DNA from: Heterodontus francisci
Taxonomy: Eukaryota
Direction: 5' to 3'
Assembly: GCF_036365525.1 (NCBI RefSeq)
Contig: NC_090404.1
Span: 10,044,001 to 10,108,000 of the forward strand
Length of the DNA: 64,000 bases
In this document: positions 13,600-27,234 of the stretch, piece by piece
Numbering within the stretch: the first letter of the stretch is position 1
Layout of the letters: every line of letters begins with the position of its first letter
Program-made: the position numbers and the translations under genes
Notes under the pieces: model-generated
What the model saw: only the letters and a program-made list of their open reading frames with translations
Databases searched by the model: none
What the model was told of the DNA's origin: nothing

Positions 13600-13985
13600 G
13601 GTGTATAAGCAAACACAGGGTCTAGTGTACTATAAACAGAGACAGCACCTGGTTTAATATAAATACAGACAGAGTCTATTTTAATATAAATAGAGATAGG
13701 GTCTATTACAGTATTAACTGAGACACGATCCAGAGTAATATAAAAAGAGGCAGGGTCTAGTTTAATATAAAAAGAGACATGGCAAGTGTTATATAAATAG
13801 AATCAGGATCTGGTTAAATACAAACAGAGACATAGGATAGTTTAATATAAATAGGGACATGATCAAGTGTCATATAAACAGATACATGGTCTAGTGGAAG
13901 ATAAACAGACAAAGGGTCTAGTGTAATATAAATAGAGGCATGATCTGGTGTAATATAATCAAAGGGTGGTTTAGTGCATTAATAC
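13600..13985 (-). repeat. 27-bp satellite array (reverse orientation)
   Basis: tctagtgtaatataaacagagacagggt units. Confidence 0.85.
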
Positions 13986-14414
13986 ATAAAAAACTATGTC
14001 CCCTGCTCCTCCTCCCAGTGGAAACATTTTCTCTCTGATTACTCGAACAAAACCATTTATAACTTTGAACAGTTCTACTAAATCTCCCCTTAACATTTTC
14101 GGCTCTATGGAGAACGATCCCAGCTTCCAGCTGCCCTGATAGTGCACCTCCTGCAGTGTAATACTCATGTTCCATGTGTCCTTCTGCTTCGAGTGCTTCC
14201 AGATATTCCTTTAGGAACCACTCACACTTTTATATGAACCCGGGTAAGTTCCCTGCACTGTTACAAAAATATCGGAATAACATCCTCGGCTCTTAAAAGA
14301 ACTAACCCCTGACAAGTAAACTAATTCATGTAAGACTGGACTCAATTCTTGAACTATAGATACATTCAGCTAAATTTTAGCACTTCAAAATACAAACTGT
14401 GATGGGTTATAGGT

Positions 14415-14830
14415 ATTTTCTTAGTGGTATCATTCTTGACTCGGAGTGAGAAAGTCATAGGTTCAATTCTCACTCTAGAGACTTGAGCCCATGATCCAGG
14501 CCAACAACTCAGTGCTGAAGGAGTGTTGTGTGATCAGTAACGCCAGCTCCGTCGGATATACAATTTCCCCAACGCTATTTTACAGAGTAGGTGAGTTTTC
14601 CCCCAGAATGCCAGGTTAGCACTTATCCCTCATCCAGCTTCACTGGTAAATAGGTGATCTGGTCATTTATCACATCTCTGTTCGTGGGATCTTGCTGTGC
14701 AAATATTGCCCGCTGTGTTTCCAACTTTACAATAGTAATTACACTTCAACACAAATACTTCTATGTATGTAAAGTGTTTTGGGACATTCTGAGAATGTGA
14801 ACGACGTTACATAAATGTGTTGTTTTTCTA
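14415..14830 (+). mobile_element. DeuSINE/SacSINE1-like SINE, near full length
   Basis: tRNA head ggttcaattctcactctagagacttgagc; Deu-like domain gatctggtcatttatcacat..gtgggatcttgctgtgcaaa; L2-like tail gtgttttgggacattctgagaatgtgaacgacgttacataaatg. Confidence 0.8.
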
Positions 14831-15924
14831 AATGTGAACATGTTAAAATACAAGTTGCGATATGTTGAAAGCTCTGAGATTAATATGATTGTTGGTCACT
14901 CCTCTGGTCACTGTTTAGTTCAAATCGGTTAACACTTCCATTAAATTCAGTGGAATACTAGCCTGTTCAGAGATGTTTCATTGATTTCAGCAGCAGAACT
15001 TTCAGAATTGTATTCTTCATTTTATTTTTTTCCTGCTTGAAATAAATAACATCTGTACCAACTGATGTTCGAGATTGTTCTGTTCCTTTTGTAACAGTTA
15101 ATATTCTGAAAATAAACCCTTGTTTTGAGTTGAAACTAATCTATAAGTGACTTTGTTGATCTGGTTTTGATGCCATGAAAATTTCATTGAAACCGATGAG
15201 GTATTTATGTAAATAAACACTTAAATAGAAGTTTCGGATTAGAACACTGAGCAACAGAAACACAAGAAATATTTTCCAGCCAACAGAGCATGAAATAGAG
15301 AGAGAGCAAAATGCAAATGTCAACGGATTCCAGCGACAATTGATTTTTTGTGAAATTTCCATCAGTTACACGAGAATAAAGATATCTATGTTCATAATTG
15401 GTAAAGATTCCCTCTCGTCGCCAGATATAGTGACATTGCGCATGTTTTTTTTCCCAGGAGATTTTCTGTATCTTCTATCTCTCTCCAATCGTGACCTGTG
15501 TCTTGCCTCTCAGGAACGGGTCATTATCTTTACCTCACAACATGAATTCAACATCTTACCAACGTTTTGTCTCAACCCTATTCATCGTCCTCTAACCAAA
15601 TAAATGGGAGTCTGAAGATGGAGCTTTCCTCTAAAATGTGTCATGTGCATTTAACAACCTGGGAGTACAGAGGGAGCTTTACTCGATATCTAACCCGGGT
15701 TTTTTTTCGGTATCAAACCCGTTTTTTTTCTTATTTATGAAGGTGGCCTTTTTACCCCAGGACCCTTTTATATATTTTGGCCGAGGGGGCCTTTATTCCT
15801 CAGGCCCCCTTTATATACACTTTATTTAAAAATAACTTTATTTAAGCAGATAAATAAGCAAAAACTCAAATTAAAAGGAAATTCACTGCATGTATCTAAC
15901 CTGCTTTTTAAAAGCAATCTATCT

Positions 15925-16705
15925 CCCGTACTGCACCTGCTCTTGGAGTGTTTGATGGGACAGTGTAGAGGGAGCTTTACTCTGTATCTAACCTGTGCTG
16001 TACCTGCTCTTGGAGTGTTTGATGGGACAGTGTAGAGGGAGCTTTACTCTGTATCTAACCTGTGCTGCACCTGCTCTTGGAGTGTTTGATGGGACAGTGT
16101 AGAGGGAGCTTTACTCTGTATCTAACCTGTGCTGTACCTGCTCTTGGAGTGTTTGATGGGACAGTGTAGAGGGAGCTTTACTCTGTATCTAACCTGTACT
16201 GCACCTGCTCTTGGAGTGTTTGATGGGACAGTGTAGAGGGAGCTTTACTCTGTATCTAACCTGTACTGCACCTGCTCTTGGAGTGTTTGATGGGACAGTG
16301 TAGAGGGAGCTTTACTCTGTATCTAACCTGTGCTGTACCTGCTCTGGGAGTGTTTGATGGGACAGTGTAGAGGGAGCTTTACTCTGTATCTAACCTGTGC
16401 TGTACCTGCCCTGGGAGTGTTTGATAGAATAGTGTAAATGAAAGTTTACTCTGTATTTAACCCGTGATAGACCTGCCTTGGTAGTGTTTGATGGGATATT
16501 GTAGAAGGAGATTTACTCTGTATCTTTCCCTGCTATACCTGCTTGGGAGTGTTTGATGGGAAAGTGTAGAGTGAGATGTACTCTGTATGTAACCCATGCT
16601 GTACCTGCGCTGGTAGTGTTCGTTGGGAAAGTTTAGAGGGAGCTTTACTTTGTATCTAACCTGCAGTGTTGCCTTTGGTTTGTTTGATGACAATATAGAG
16701 GGACA
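15925..16705. repeat. 67-bp minisatellite, about 11 copies
   Basis: Unit tcttggagtgtttgatgggacagtgtagagggagctttactctgtatctaacctgtgctgtacctgc starts at 15941, 16008, 16075...; left copies near-identical, right copies decayed. Confidence 0.95.
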
Positions 16706-16799
16706 TTGGAGAATGATTTTCCATTTAGTGGAAGCTTGAACCATTTGACATCGGGTCAGACTCGATGTGCTAAATGATTTATTCCTGTTCATCTGTTCC

Positions 16800-17600
16800 T
16801 ATGTACAGATGCATTTTCAAAAAATTGAACAAATTATCACACACTCGAGGATTATCAGGAGCTTCTGTATGATACTGAACTGATTACTTAACACTATAAT
16901 GCAGAGACTGGTGGCTAGCTGCTCATTACCCACGGTATGATTTAATCCACTTTCGAATACTAGGGATATGCAGGGTCGCCTTGGTAACGGAATGTGCAGG
17001 GCAACATCACTTTGTAAACAAGAACTCGCAACAGAATGGGTTATCGATAAATATTAAAGCATTAAACGATCTGCAATTATAACTAAATAAAATTAAAAGC
17101 TGAAACAGCAAACACTTTGTCTGTGATCCAGTCGTTGTTCCTCTTAACCAGACTTTTGTCATCTTAGATGGGTATTAGGACCCTGTGGCAGCCCATACGG
17201 CGATGCTGTGAGGTCACCGTTCCAGACTCTGTCGAACAGAATGTTAGTCAGGCGAAATTTAAATAGAAAATCCCGCAGGAAAAACAATCCTTAACATTAA
17301 AAAAACGCTATGAAAAGTTGTCACAATGCAACACAAGTGTGAAATAGTAATCATGAACATACAGAGTTTGTCACTAAGTGGTGTAAAGTGCAGAGCACTA
17401 TTCTTCAACTTTAGACCTGCCCTTCATTCCCAGTCCATCTCAGAGAGATTGTTATAAGATACATCCCATCCTTTCAACACAGCTATTACCCACATAATAC
17501 CAGACCAATTAGAAATTGCAGACAGCTGCTGATAGATATTCACAAGGTTAAACGTATTCTTCCAACCAAAAAATACTGCATCAATCAACCCATACAAATA
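16800..17600 (-). other. Module exon-like blocks A-B-C
   Basis: Collinear with 12430-13530; splice signals partly mutated (cctgcgg, tgtttac). Confidence 0.55.
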
Positions 17601-17914
17601 TATAACTTTATTCATTCCNNNNNNNNNNNNNNNNNNNNNNNNNNNNNNNNNNNNNNNNNNNNNNNNNNNNNNNNNNNNNNNNNNNNNNNNNNNNNNNNNN
17701 NNNNNNNNNNNNNNNNNNNNNNNNNNNNNNNNNNNNNNNNNNNNNNNNNNNNNNNNNNNNNNNNNNNNNNNNNNNNNNNNNNNNNNNNNNNNNNNNNNNN
17801 NNNNNNNNNNNNNNNNNNNNNNNNNNNNNNNNNNNNNNNNNNNNNNNNNNNNNNNNNNNNNNNNTAGTGCGACAATAACTGAGATACGCTCTAAGTCAAT
17901 ATTAGCAAAGAATG

Positions 17915-19545
17915 ATCCAGAATGATACAGAACAGAAGGAGGCCATTCAGCCCATCTCGCCTGTACCAGCTCTTTGAAAGAGCTATGCATTGAATCGCAC
18001 TCCCCTACTCTTCCTTATTGTTCAGAAAACATTTGCACTTTAGGCATCGCACATCATGGTGTCCTTGTGACTAGAGTGTGTTTCTGCAGGGATCAGCACT
18101 GGGTTCCTTGATTTTCCTGGTACATATAAACAATTTAGATTTAAATGTAGGGGGCATGACTAGGAAGTTTGCAGATAATGCAAACATTAGCCTATGTTGA
18201 ACAGTGAGGAAGAAAGCTGTTACCTGCAGGAAGATATCAATGGACTGGTCAGGTGGTCAATGGTAAATGGAATTCAATCCACTGACACGCTTGGGAAGGG
18301 CAAACAAGGCAAGCAATAGACAATAAATGATAGGATAGTGAGAAGTGTAAAGGAGCAGAGGCACGTTAAAGTGCATGCCCAGTGATCCCTCAATGTAGAA
18401 GGACAGGTAGATAACGTGTTCAAAAAGAGGCATAGGGTATAGAAGCAGGGAGGTTCTTCGAGAACTTTGTAAATACTCTTTAGAGTGCAGCTAGAGTATT
18501 ACTTACAGTTCTGGCCACCGCATTACAGGAAGGATGTGATCACACTAGAGAGGGTACAAAGGAGATTTACAGAGGATATTGCCAGGAATGGAGAATTTTA
18601 TCTACGAAGAAAGATCAGATTGGCTAGGTTGTTTTCTTTGGAGCAGAGAAGGCTGGGTGGAGATTTAATTGAGGTGTATAAAATTATAAGGGGCCTGGTT
18701 AGAGTGGACACAAAAAACCTGCTTCTGCTATCAGTGAGTTCAGTGACAGGGGGCATATATTTAGTGTAATTGACAGAAGGATTAGAGGGGAGTTGAGGAG
18801 AAATCTTTTCACCCAGAGGATGGTGGTGGTCTAGAACTCACGGCCTGAAAGGTGGTAGAGGCAGAAAACCTCATCACATTTAAAACAAAAAAGCATGGGT
18901 ACACACTTGAAATGTCGTAACCTAGAGGGCTACAGACTAAGAAATGGAACATGGGATCTGCTCATTTTCTGCTGACACAGATACGATCGGCAGCATAGCC
19001 TCATTCTGTGCCGTAAATATCTATGATACTGTGCTTATGAAAGTTGTTAAGACCTTAGGAAGGCTACAGAGAAGGCTTGTGAGGATGTTACCAACGATGA
19101 GGGAATTCAGTTATGAGGACAGGCTGGAAAAGTTAGGACCGTTACCCTTGGGACAAAGAAGATTAAGAGATGATATAATATAGATTTTCACGATGATGAG
19201 TGGTTTGAAAGAGTAGATAGAGAAAACAATATTCCCTCTGTCGATTGGGTCAATAACCTGAGGGCATAGGTTCAACATCATTGGCAAAAGATGTAGACAG
19301 GAGATGAGGAGAATTTTTTCGCTTACAATTGGCGGGATCTGGAATACTCACCTGAAAAGATGCTGGAAGCTGAATCCATAAATAAGCTGAAAATAGATTG
19401 GACAAGAACGTGAGGATGAAGAAGGGTTAAATGTTTTGAGCATAAAGCATAGCTGTGGGACGAAGCATGACTGCTCTTTCAAAGAAGCAGCATAGGCACG
19501 ATAGGCCAAATGGCCTCCTTTTGTGCTGTAACTTTGGATGATTCA
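17915..19545 (+). mobile_element. CR1-type LINE fragments (short minus 3' end, then two plus 3' pieces)
   Basis: QLEYYLQFWPPHYRKDVITLERVQRRF; FSYEDRLEKLG. Confidence 0.85.
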
Positions 19546-19619
19546 AGGATAACGGCCGAATTCGCTGAAATCTATGTGTTGAACGCAACCCTGGGTCAAT
19601 TAACACAGCGATAGAAACT

Positions 19620-20260
19620 GAGTCTGTTTATATTTTATATATTACTAAATGCTGTCTCTGTTATTCCTGAATTAGCTCAAACAACTGTAGCTGTTTTGCT
19701 GGACCCTGTCAAATTTATTATTGCAAAATGTACTATTTCTGTATATATTGCAAGACATACTGTTTCCCTTATCATTGCACTAGATCATTTCACTGTTTAT
19801 ATTACACTAGATCCTGTCTCAGATATTACTGCACTAAGTCATGCCTCTGTTTATATTACACTTGATCCTGTCTCAGTTAATATTGCAACAGACCACGTAT
19901 TTGTTTACATTATACTAGACCCTGTCTCAGTTATTACTGCACTAGGCCATGTCTCTGTTTATCTTACACTAGGCCCTATCTCATTACTGCACCAGGCCCT
20001 GTCTCTGTTTATATTAGACTTGACCCTGTTTCAGTTATTACTGCACTAGGCCATGCCTCTGTTTATATTACACTGAGCTTGATCTCAGTACTGCACCAGA
20101 CCCTGTCTCTGCTTGTATTACACTAGACCCTGTCTCAGTTAGCTCTACAATTGACCATGTCACTCTTTATATTACTGTACACCCGGTATCAGTTATTATT
20201 GCAGACGAATCGGTCTCTGTTTATAATGTACTATACTCTGTCTCAGTTATTACTGCACTA
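19620..20260 (+). repeat. 27-bp satellite with alternating A/B units (54-bp higher order)
   Basis: ...ctctgtttatattaca alternates with ...ctcagttattactgca. Confidence 0.9.
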
Positions 20261-20264
20261 AACA

Positions 20265-21650
20265 TAGAGCCATCAACAGTACAAAAGGGGGCCATTCGGC
20301 CCATTGCGCCCATGCCAGATCTCCAAAGAACAATCCAGTCAGCCCCATTCCCTGCTGTATCCACCTAGCCCTGCAAGTGTATTTCCTTCAAGTGGCCATC
20401 CAATTTCTTTGTGAAATCATTGATTGTTGTCACTTCCACCACCTCCATAGGCAGCGAGTTCCAGGTCATTACCACTCGCTGTGTAAAAAGGTTCGTCCTC
20501 ACATCGCCTCTGTAGCTTTTTCCCAAAACCTTCAATCTCTGTCCCCTAGTCCTTTGTGGAAAACGTTTCTTTTTGTCTACCTTTTTCCAAACCTGTCATA
20601 ATTTTGTACACCTATATCAAATTTCCCCACAATCTCCTTTGTTCTTGGGAGAACAACCTCAGCTTCTCCAACCTAACCTTGTAGCTAAAATCCCTGGAAC
20701 CATTTTGGTATATTTTCTTTTCATCGTCTCAAGAACCCTTAAATCCTTCCTAAAGTGCGGTAGCCAGATCTCTAGTTGGCGCCTAACCAGAGCTTTATAA
20801 AGGTTCAGCATAACTTTCCTGCTTTTGTATGCAATACTTCTACTTCATCCCCTATGCCAGACTAAACATTCTCTCAAGATGTCCTGCCACCTTCAATGAT
20901 CTATACATATGCACCCCAAGGTCCCTCTGTTCCTGCATGCTCTTTAGAACTGTGCCATTAAGTCTAGATTGCCTCACTCTATCTCTTCAGCCAAAATACG
21001 TCGCCTCACACTTGTCGATTAAATTCCATTTTCCACTTGTCGGCCCATTATGCTAGCTTATCAATGTCCTGTTGCAGTCCATTTGTATCATCCTCACTGT
21101 TTGCCATTCCTCCAAGTTTGATATCATCAGCATGTTTTGAAATGTTACTGTCGATTCCAATATCCAATTCATTATATATATAATGAATATATATATATAT
21201 ATATAAAATGAATATATATACATATATATATTTATTGCGACTCACTGTTTTCTGTCCTTAAGCTATTTTTTTATTCAAACTAACACTGATCCTCCTATTC
21301 CATGAGCCTCAGTTTGGTTACCCAAACTTTTCTGTGGTACATTTGTCAAAGTTTTCCTTACAATTTAACTAAACAACATCCATTGCATTATCGTCATCAA
21401 CTTTCTCTGTTATCTCATCAAAAACAATCAATTAGTCAAGCAGGAGCGGCCTTTCACAAATCTGTGTTGGCTTTGCTTAATTAGATGAAACCTCTCCAAG
21501 TATCTGTTGATGTTGTTCCTGATTATTGTTGATAAAGACTTACCAATCACTGATGTTAGGCTGACTGGCCTGCAGTTACTAGTATTCACTTTGCACCCTT
21601 TCGTGAATAAGGGGTCGCATTTGCCACTTTCCAATCTTCTGGCACCTCCT
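20265..21650 (-). mobile_element. CR1-type LINE fragment containing an (AT)n run at about 21172-21230
   Basis: NCRPVSLTSVIGK..FVKGRSCLTN; SKHADDIKLGG. Confidence 0.85.
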
Positions 21651-21749
21651 TGCATTTCTTCATATTAAACCAGACCCTGCTTCAGTTATTACTGCACTGG
21701 ACCTTGCATCTGCTTATATTCAATATCCCATGTGTCAGTTATTATTGGA

Positions 21750-22500
21750 ATAGAAAATGCAGAAAAATATTTAAAGTGGCTGAGGTGGAAATAGCGAAAA
21801 TAATAGGCAATAAAAGACTGTGGAAACATAAATAATGCAAACTGCTTTGGAGAGCAGCAAGTGTTTCATTCCTTTCCAAGCGAAAGAAATAACTCAGAGA
21901 ATTACAAATTTATTATCCTTATGTCAGGTAGGTTCAGTTTCATTCTGTCTGTCACTTTCACAAACCATCACACCCTCGAGGTATTTATCAGGAAATTCTG
22001 TGTGATGGTGAGGTGATCACTGAACAATAAAGTGCAGAGACTGGTAACTGACTTTTCCTCAGTGTCATTTAATCCACTTTCTAACTGAACACTGAGATCA
22101 GGCAGGATCACCTTGGTAATAGACTGGTCAGTGAGACCTCATTTTCTCAACAAGAGCTCGCAAGAGAATGGGTTATAAATAAATGTAAACGGCATTTTAA
22201 AAATCATTAATTGCAGTTTAAAAGTGGTGAGAGTTAATATAGGTGGTCTTTAGGACCCCGAGGCAGCCCTCAAGCAGTGCTGTTAGGTCACAGAGACATG
22301 GTCTTGAGGAGTAATAACTGAGACAGGGTCTTGTGCAATATAAAAAGACACAATGTTTAGTGCAGTAATAACTCAGAAAAGGCTTAGTGAAATATAAACA
22401 GAGACATGGCATTAAAAAAGATACATGGTCTAGTGTAATATAAAGAGAGACAGTGTCTATTATAATATAAAGAGAAATGCTCCAATATAATATAAACATA
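21750..22500 (-). other. Module copy: satellite (22270-22500), partial B, then C
   Basis: C frame TDQSITKVILPDLSVQLESGLNDTEEKSVTSLCTLLFSDHLTITQNFLINTS; AATAAA downstream on the minus strand. Confidence 0.55.
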
Positions 22501-23470
22501 TATATTAATGACTTAGACGTGAATTATAAGATGTATGATCAGTAAGTTCGCAAATGACACGAAAATTGGTTGTGTTGCAAATAGTGAGGAGGAAAGCCTT
22601 AGATTACAGGACGATATAGATGGGCTGGTAAGATGGGCAGAGCAGTGGCAAATGGAATATATTCCTGAGTAGTGTGAGGTGATGCATTTTGGGAGGACTA
22701 AAAAGGCAAAGGAATATACAGTGGATGGTAGGACCCTAGGAAGTACAGAAGGTCAGAGGGACTTTGGTGTACTTGTTCATAGATCACTGAAGATCACAGG
22801 TAGATAAGATGGTTAGGAAGGCATATGGGATACTTGCCTTTATTAACCGAGGCATAAAATATAAGAGCAGGGAGGTTATGATGGAACTATATAAAATGCT
22901 AGTTAAGCCACAGCTGGAGCACTGTGTACAGTTCTGGTCACCACACTATAGGAAGGGTGTGATTGCACTGGAGAGGGTGCAGAGGGGATTCACCAGGATG
23001 CTGCCTGGGCTGGAGCATTTCAGCTATGAAGAGAGACTGGACAGGCTAGGGTTGTTTTCCTTAGAGCAGAGAGGGTTGAGGTGAGACCTGATTGAGGCAT
23101 ACAAAATAATGAGGGGCGTTGATAGGATAGATAGGAAGAAACTTTTCCCCTTAGCGGAAGAGTCAATAGCCAGGGGGCATAGATTTAAGGTAAGGGTCAG
23201 GAGATTTAGAGGGGATCTGAGGAAACATTTTTTTCACCCAGCGGGTGGTTGGAATCTGGAACACACTGCCTGAAGGTGTGGTAGAGGCAGGAACCCTCAT
23301 AACATTTAAGAGGTATTTGGATGAGCACTTGAAACGCCATAGCATACAAGGCTACGGGCCAAGTGCTGGAAATTGGATTAGAATGATGATTGGTGCTTGA
23401 TGATTGGCACGGACACGATGGCCCGAACAGCCTGTTTCTGTGCTGTATAACTCTCTGACTGTATGGCTCT
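22500..23470 (+). mobile_element. HER1/CR1 LINE 3' part
   Basis: KAYGILAFINRGIKYKSREVMMELYKMLVKPQLEHCVQFWSPHY; tail cctgtttctgtgctgtataactct. Confidence 0.93.
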
Positions 23471-23479
23471 ATATAAATC

Positions 23480-25890
23480 TAGTGGAATTTTACACGAGTT
23501 TAATTCCCACCACGGCATCTTTGGAATTTAAGTTCAGTTAATCGGATGCACCGGAACTAAAACTCTAGAATCAGGAATGGTGTACATAAATCTTTCAGAT
23601 TGTTCTAAAAACATCTTCTTCATAAATGCCCTTTAAGGAAAGAAATCTGCCGCCCTTACCGACTCTGGCTTGTATGTGACCCCAGATAAACAGCAATGTG
23701 GTTGACTTTTAACAGCCCTTTCAAATGACCCAGCATGCCACTCAGTTGTTTCAAACCACCACGTAAACTGATAATGTGAATACAGTCGAACAGGCATTGG
23801 CATCAACCCAGGCACATGCAAAGGCATATACAGCCCAATTAACTCTGCAAAATCCTCCTCAAAGACATCTGAGGACTTCTGCCACATTTGGGAGAGCAGT
23901 CTCACAGACCAGTCAAGAAACAGATTGACATAATCAGACTCACCAAATCATACCTTACATCCAAATTTCTAGACTCCTGATCTACCCACCAGAGGTGGTG
24001 ACACTGTGGTTCGGCTGGAGTGGCAGCATTGACTCCGGAAGTCATGAAGTCTCACAGCAACAGATCAGACATAAGCGGCGAAACCTGCTAATTACCAACT
24101 ACTCCCCTCCCTCAGCTCATAAACAGTACTCTACCATGTTGAACACCACTCGGAAGAATTACTGAGGGTAGCAAAGACACAGAATGTACTCCGAGTGGAG
24201 GACTTCAACATCTTATCACCAAAAGTGGCTTGGGAGAAACATACTGACCGAGTTGGCAGAGTCCTGATGGCCAAAGCTGTCAGACTGGCCCTGTAGCAGG
24301 TGGCAAGACAGCCAACACGATTGACCCCATTTGACCCGGTCCTGATCACTCTACCTGCCGCAGATGCATCCGTCCATGTAAATATTGGTCGGAGTGACCA
24401 CCGCACAGTCCTTGTGCAGACAAAGTCCCGCCTTCACATTGAGGATACCCTCCAACGTGTTGTGTGGCACAACGACCATGTAAATTAGAATAGATTCAGC
24501 AAAAATCTAACAGCTCAGATTGGGCATTCATAAGGCTCTGTGGGCCATGGACAGCAGCAGAATTGTATTGAACCACCGTCTGTATCCTCATGACCCGCTA
24601 TATCCATCACTCTGCCATTACCATCAAGCTAGGGGTCCAACCCTGTTTCAATAAAGAATGTGGAAGAGCAGGCCAGAAGCAGAAACAGGTGTCGCTAAAA
24701 ATGAGGAGCCAGCCTGGTGAACCTACAGCACAGTGCAGAATGCAGAACAAATCCAATCCGTCCCATTGACGTCTAATCGGTCTCATCAGTCTATTCTCAA
24801 TCATCAGCAAAGTGATAGAAGTTGTCATCGACAGTGTTATTAAGTAACACTGACTTAGAATAACCTGCTCAATGATGCTCAGTTTGTGGTCCGCCAGAGG
24901 CACTCGGTTTCAGCCCTCATTAAAGCCTTAGTCCAAACATAGACAAAGTAGCTGAATTCCAAAAGTGAGCTGAGAGTGACTACACATGATATCACAGCAG
25001 AATTTGACTGAGTGTGGCATCAAGGAGACCGAGAAAATTTGAAGTAAATGGGAAACAGGGGGAAAAGTCTCCACTGTTTGGAGTCATACCTAGCACAAGA
25101 CCTGGGCAACATGCAGTCTTGGGTTGATAAGTGCAAGTAAAATTCGTTTCCAACAAGTGCCAGACAATGGCCATCCACAACAAGAGAGAATCTAACCATC
25201 TCCCCTTGACATTTAACGGCATTACCATCGCTGAATCCCCCCACCATCAACAGCCAGGGGGTTACTATTGATCAGAAACTTAACTGGTTCGGCCATACAA
25301 GAGCTGGTCACAGGGTGGGAATCCTGCCGTGAGTAACTCACCTGCTCGCTCCAAAAAGCCTGTCCACCATCTTTAAGACACACGTCAGGACGGTGATCAA
25401 ATAATCTCCACTTGTCTGGATGTGTCCAGTTCCAACAGCACTAAAGATGCTCTGCACCATCCAAGGCAAAGCAACCCACTTCACTGGTAACTCATCTTAA
25501 ACATTCATTCCATCTACCATAGTGGCAGCAATTTGTCACATTTACACAATGCACTGCAGCAACTCGTCAAGGCTCCTTGGATACAACCCTTCCAAATCCG
25601 CGAACTCCACCACCTGGAAGTGCAAAGAGAGCAAAAGCATGGGATCACCATCACCTGCAATTTCCATTCCAAGTCACACATCTTCCTGACTTGTAACTAT
25701 ATCGCAGTTCCATCACTGTGGCTGGATCATTAACTGGAACTCCCTCCCTACGTGTACTGTGGGTGCACCTACATTACACTGAATGTTGCAGTTCAAGACG
25801 ATGGCTCACACACCACCATCTCAAGGATACTTAGGTTGGCCAATAAATACTGACCATGCCAGTGATGCTCACATCACCTGAATGGAAATA
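23480..25890 (+). mobile_element. Family X APE-RT LINE, internally deleted and decayed
   Basis: IGRSDHRTVLV endonuclease motif, RT remnants, 3' end ctcaaggatacttaggttggccaataaatactg. Confidence 0.75.
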
Positions 25891-25899
25891 AATAACACC

Positions 25900-26600
25900 T
25901 GAGACAGTGCCTAAGGTAATATAAACAGAGACATGGCCTAGTGCAGTAATAACTCAGACAAGGCTTAGTGTAATATAAAGAGATACATGGTCTGGTGCAG
26001 CAATAACTGAGACAGGGCCTTGTGTATTATCAAACGAGCCATGGTCGAGTGCAATAATAACTGAGACAGGGTCGAATATAATATAAACAGAGACAGGGTC
26101 AACTGTAGTAATAACTGAGACACAGTCTAGTGTAATATAAACTGAGACATTGCCTCATGCAGTAATAACTGAGACAGTGGCTAAGGTACAATATGCAGAG
26201 ACATGGTCTAGTGTAGCACTAATTGAGGTAATGCCTGTTTCGTGAAGTGTACACCATGTTTCACTGCCACCTGCTGTACAAACATTGCGAATGCAGTTAC
26301 TGTGAAAATGTCGATGTCAGTTACTGTTTCTAATATTACTGTATCAAGAAACAACGTGTACTGCTCTCCCAGCTTATCACCTTCTGCGGAAAGTCCCAAA
26401 GGGTTTAAAATGTAACTAGTTACAGATGAATGTGGGCAATCTGTGCCCAGAAACATCGCAAAGCGGGTCAATTCCTGTTATTGTATTTTTATTGATCTTG
26501 GTTGAAGGGTGGAATGCTGACCAGGACACAGTGTGGGAGCCATGGAACCTTTGACTCCACCTGGGCGGGGGGAGGGATAATGGGTCCATGATATCACCTG
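25900..26600 (-). repeat. Module copy: 27-bp satellite, CTCF motif (26264-26277), old SINE
   Basis: Reverse complement ACAGCAGGTGGCAG; flanks homologous to 36070-36570 and 59030-59770. Confidence 0.7.
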
Positions 26601-26869
26601 GGCCATGTTGAAGTTTTAGTGCATTCAGCCATGCTTTTATTTATATTAAACAAGGCCCTGTCTCTGTTCACATCACACTGGATCCTATATCTCTATAGGG
26701 GACGACACAATGCCTCTATTTCTATTATACTATGCCCTGACTCAGTGAAATTGAACCAGACACTGCCTCCCTTTATATTACATTAGAATATGCTACCCAT
26801 GATATTACAACTTACAAGGACAGTAAGCACAGGTGTGATGATTGAACTGGACAAAGTGCATTTTTTTTT

Positions 26870-27230
26870 CACGAGCTGTGGGCAACACTGGCAGGCCAGC
26901 ATTTGTTACCCATCCTGAATTGCCCTTGAACTGAGTGGCTTGTTATGTAATTTCAGAGGGCAGTTAAGAGTCAACAAATTGCTGTGGGCCTGGAGTCACA
27001 TGTAGACCAGACCAGGTAAGGACAGCGGATTTCCTTCCCTACGGGATATTAGCGAACCAAATAGAACTTTTTTTCATGACACGATTGCTAGCTAGCATTC
27101 AATTCCAGATTTTAATTATTTGAATTTACATTGCACTAGCTGCTGTGGTGGAATTAGAAGTCCCACAGCATTAACCGCACCCTCTGGATTACTAGTCCAG
27201 TGACATTACCACCACGCTACCGTCGCCCAA
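26870..27230 (-). mobile_element. tRNA-headed SINE sharing body and tail with LINE family X
   Basis: Reverse-complement head ggcgacggtagcgtggtggtaatgtcactggactagtaatccagagg; body ggaaatccgctgtccttacctggtctgg matches 23640-23750; tail matches the family X 3' end. Confidence 0.75.
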
Positions 27231-27234
27231 CAGC

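Noticed and set aside
15925-16705. CRISPR-like array
   Set aside because: The units are contiguous tandem copies with no unique spacers; the context is vertebrate and there are no cas genes
17424-17560. Conserved TGA in block A as a selenocysteine codon
   Set aside because: Other copies have extra stops or TAA at this position, and no SECIS is evident
19696-20049. ORFs with ITLDPVSVY repeats (also 52517, 55626, 56082)
   Set aside because: They are translations of the 27-bp satellite; frames break freely between arrays
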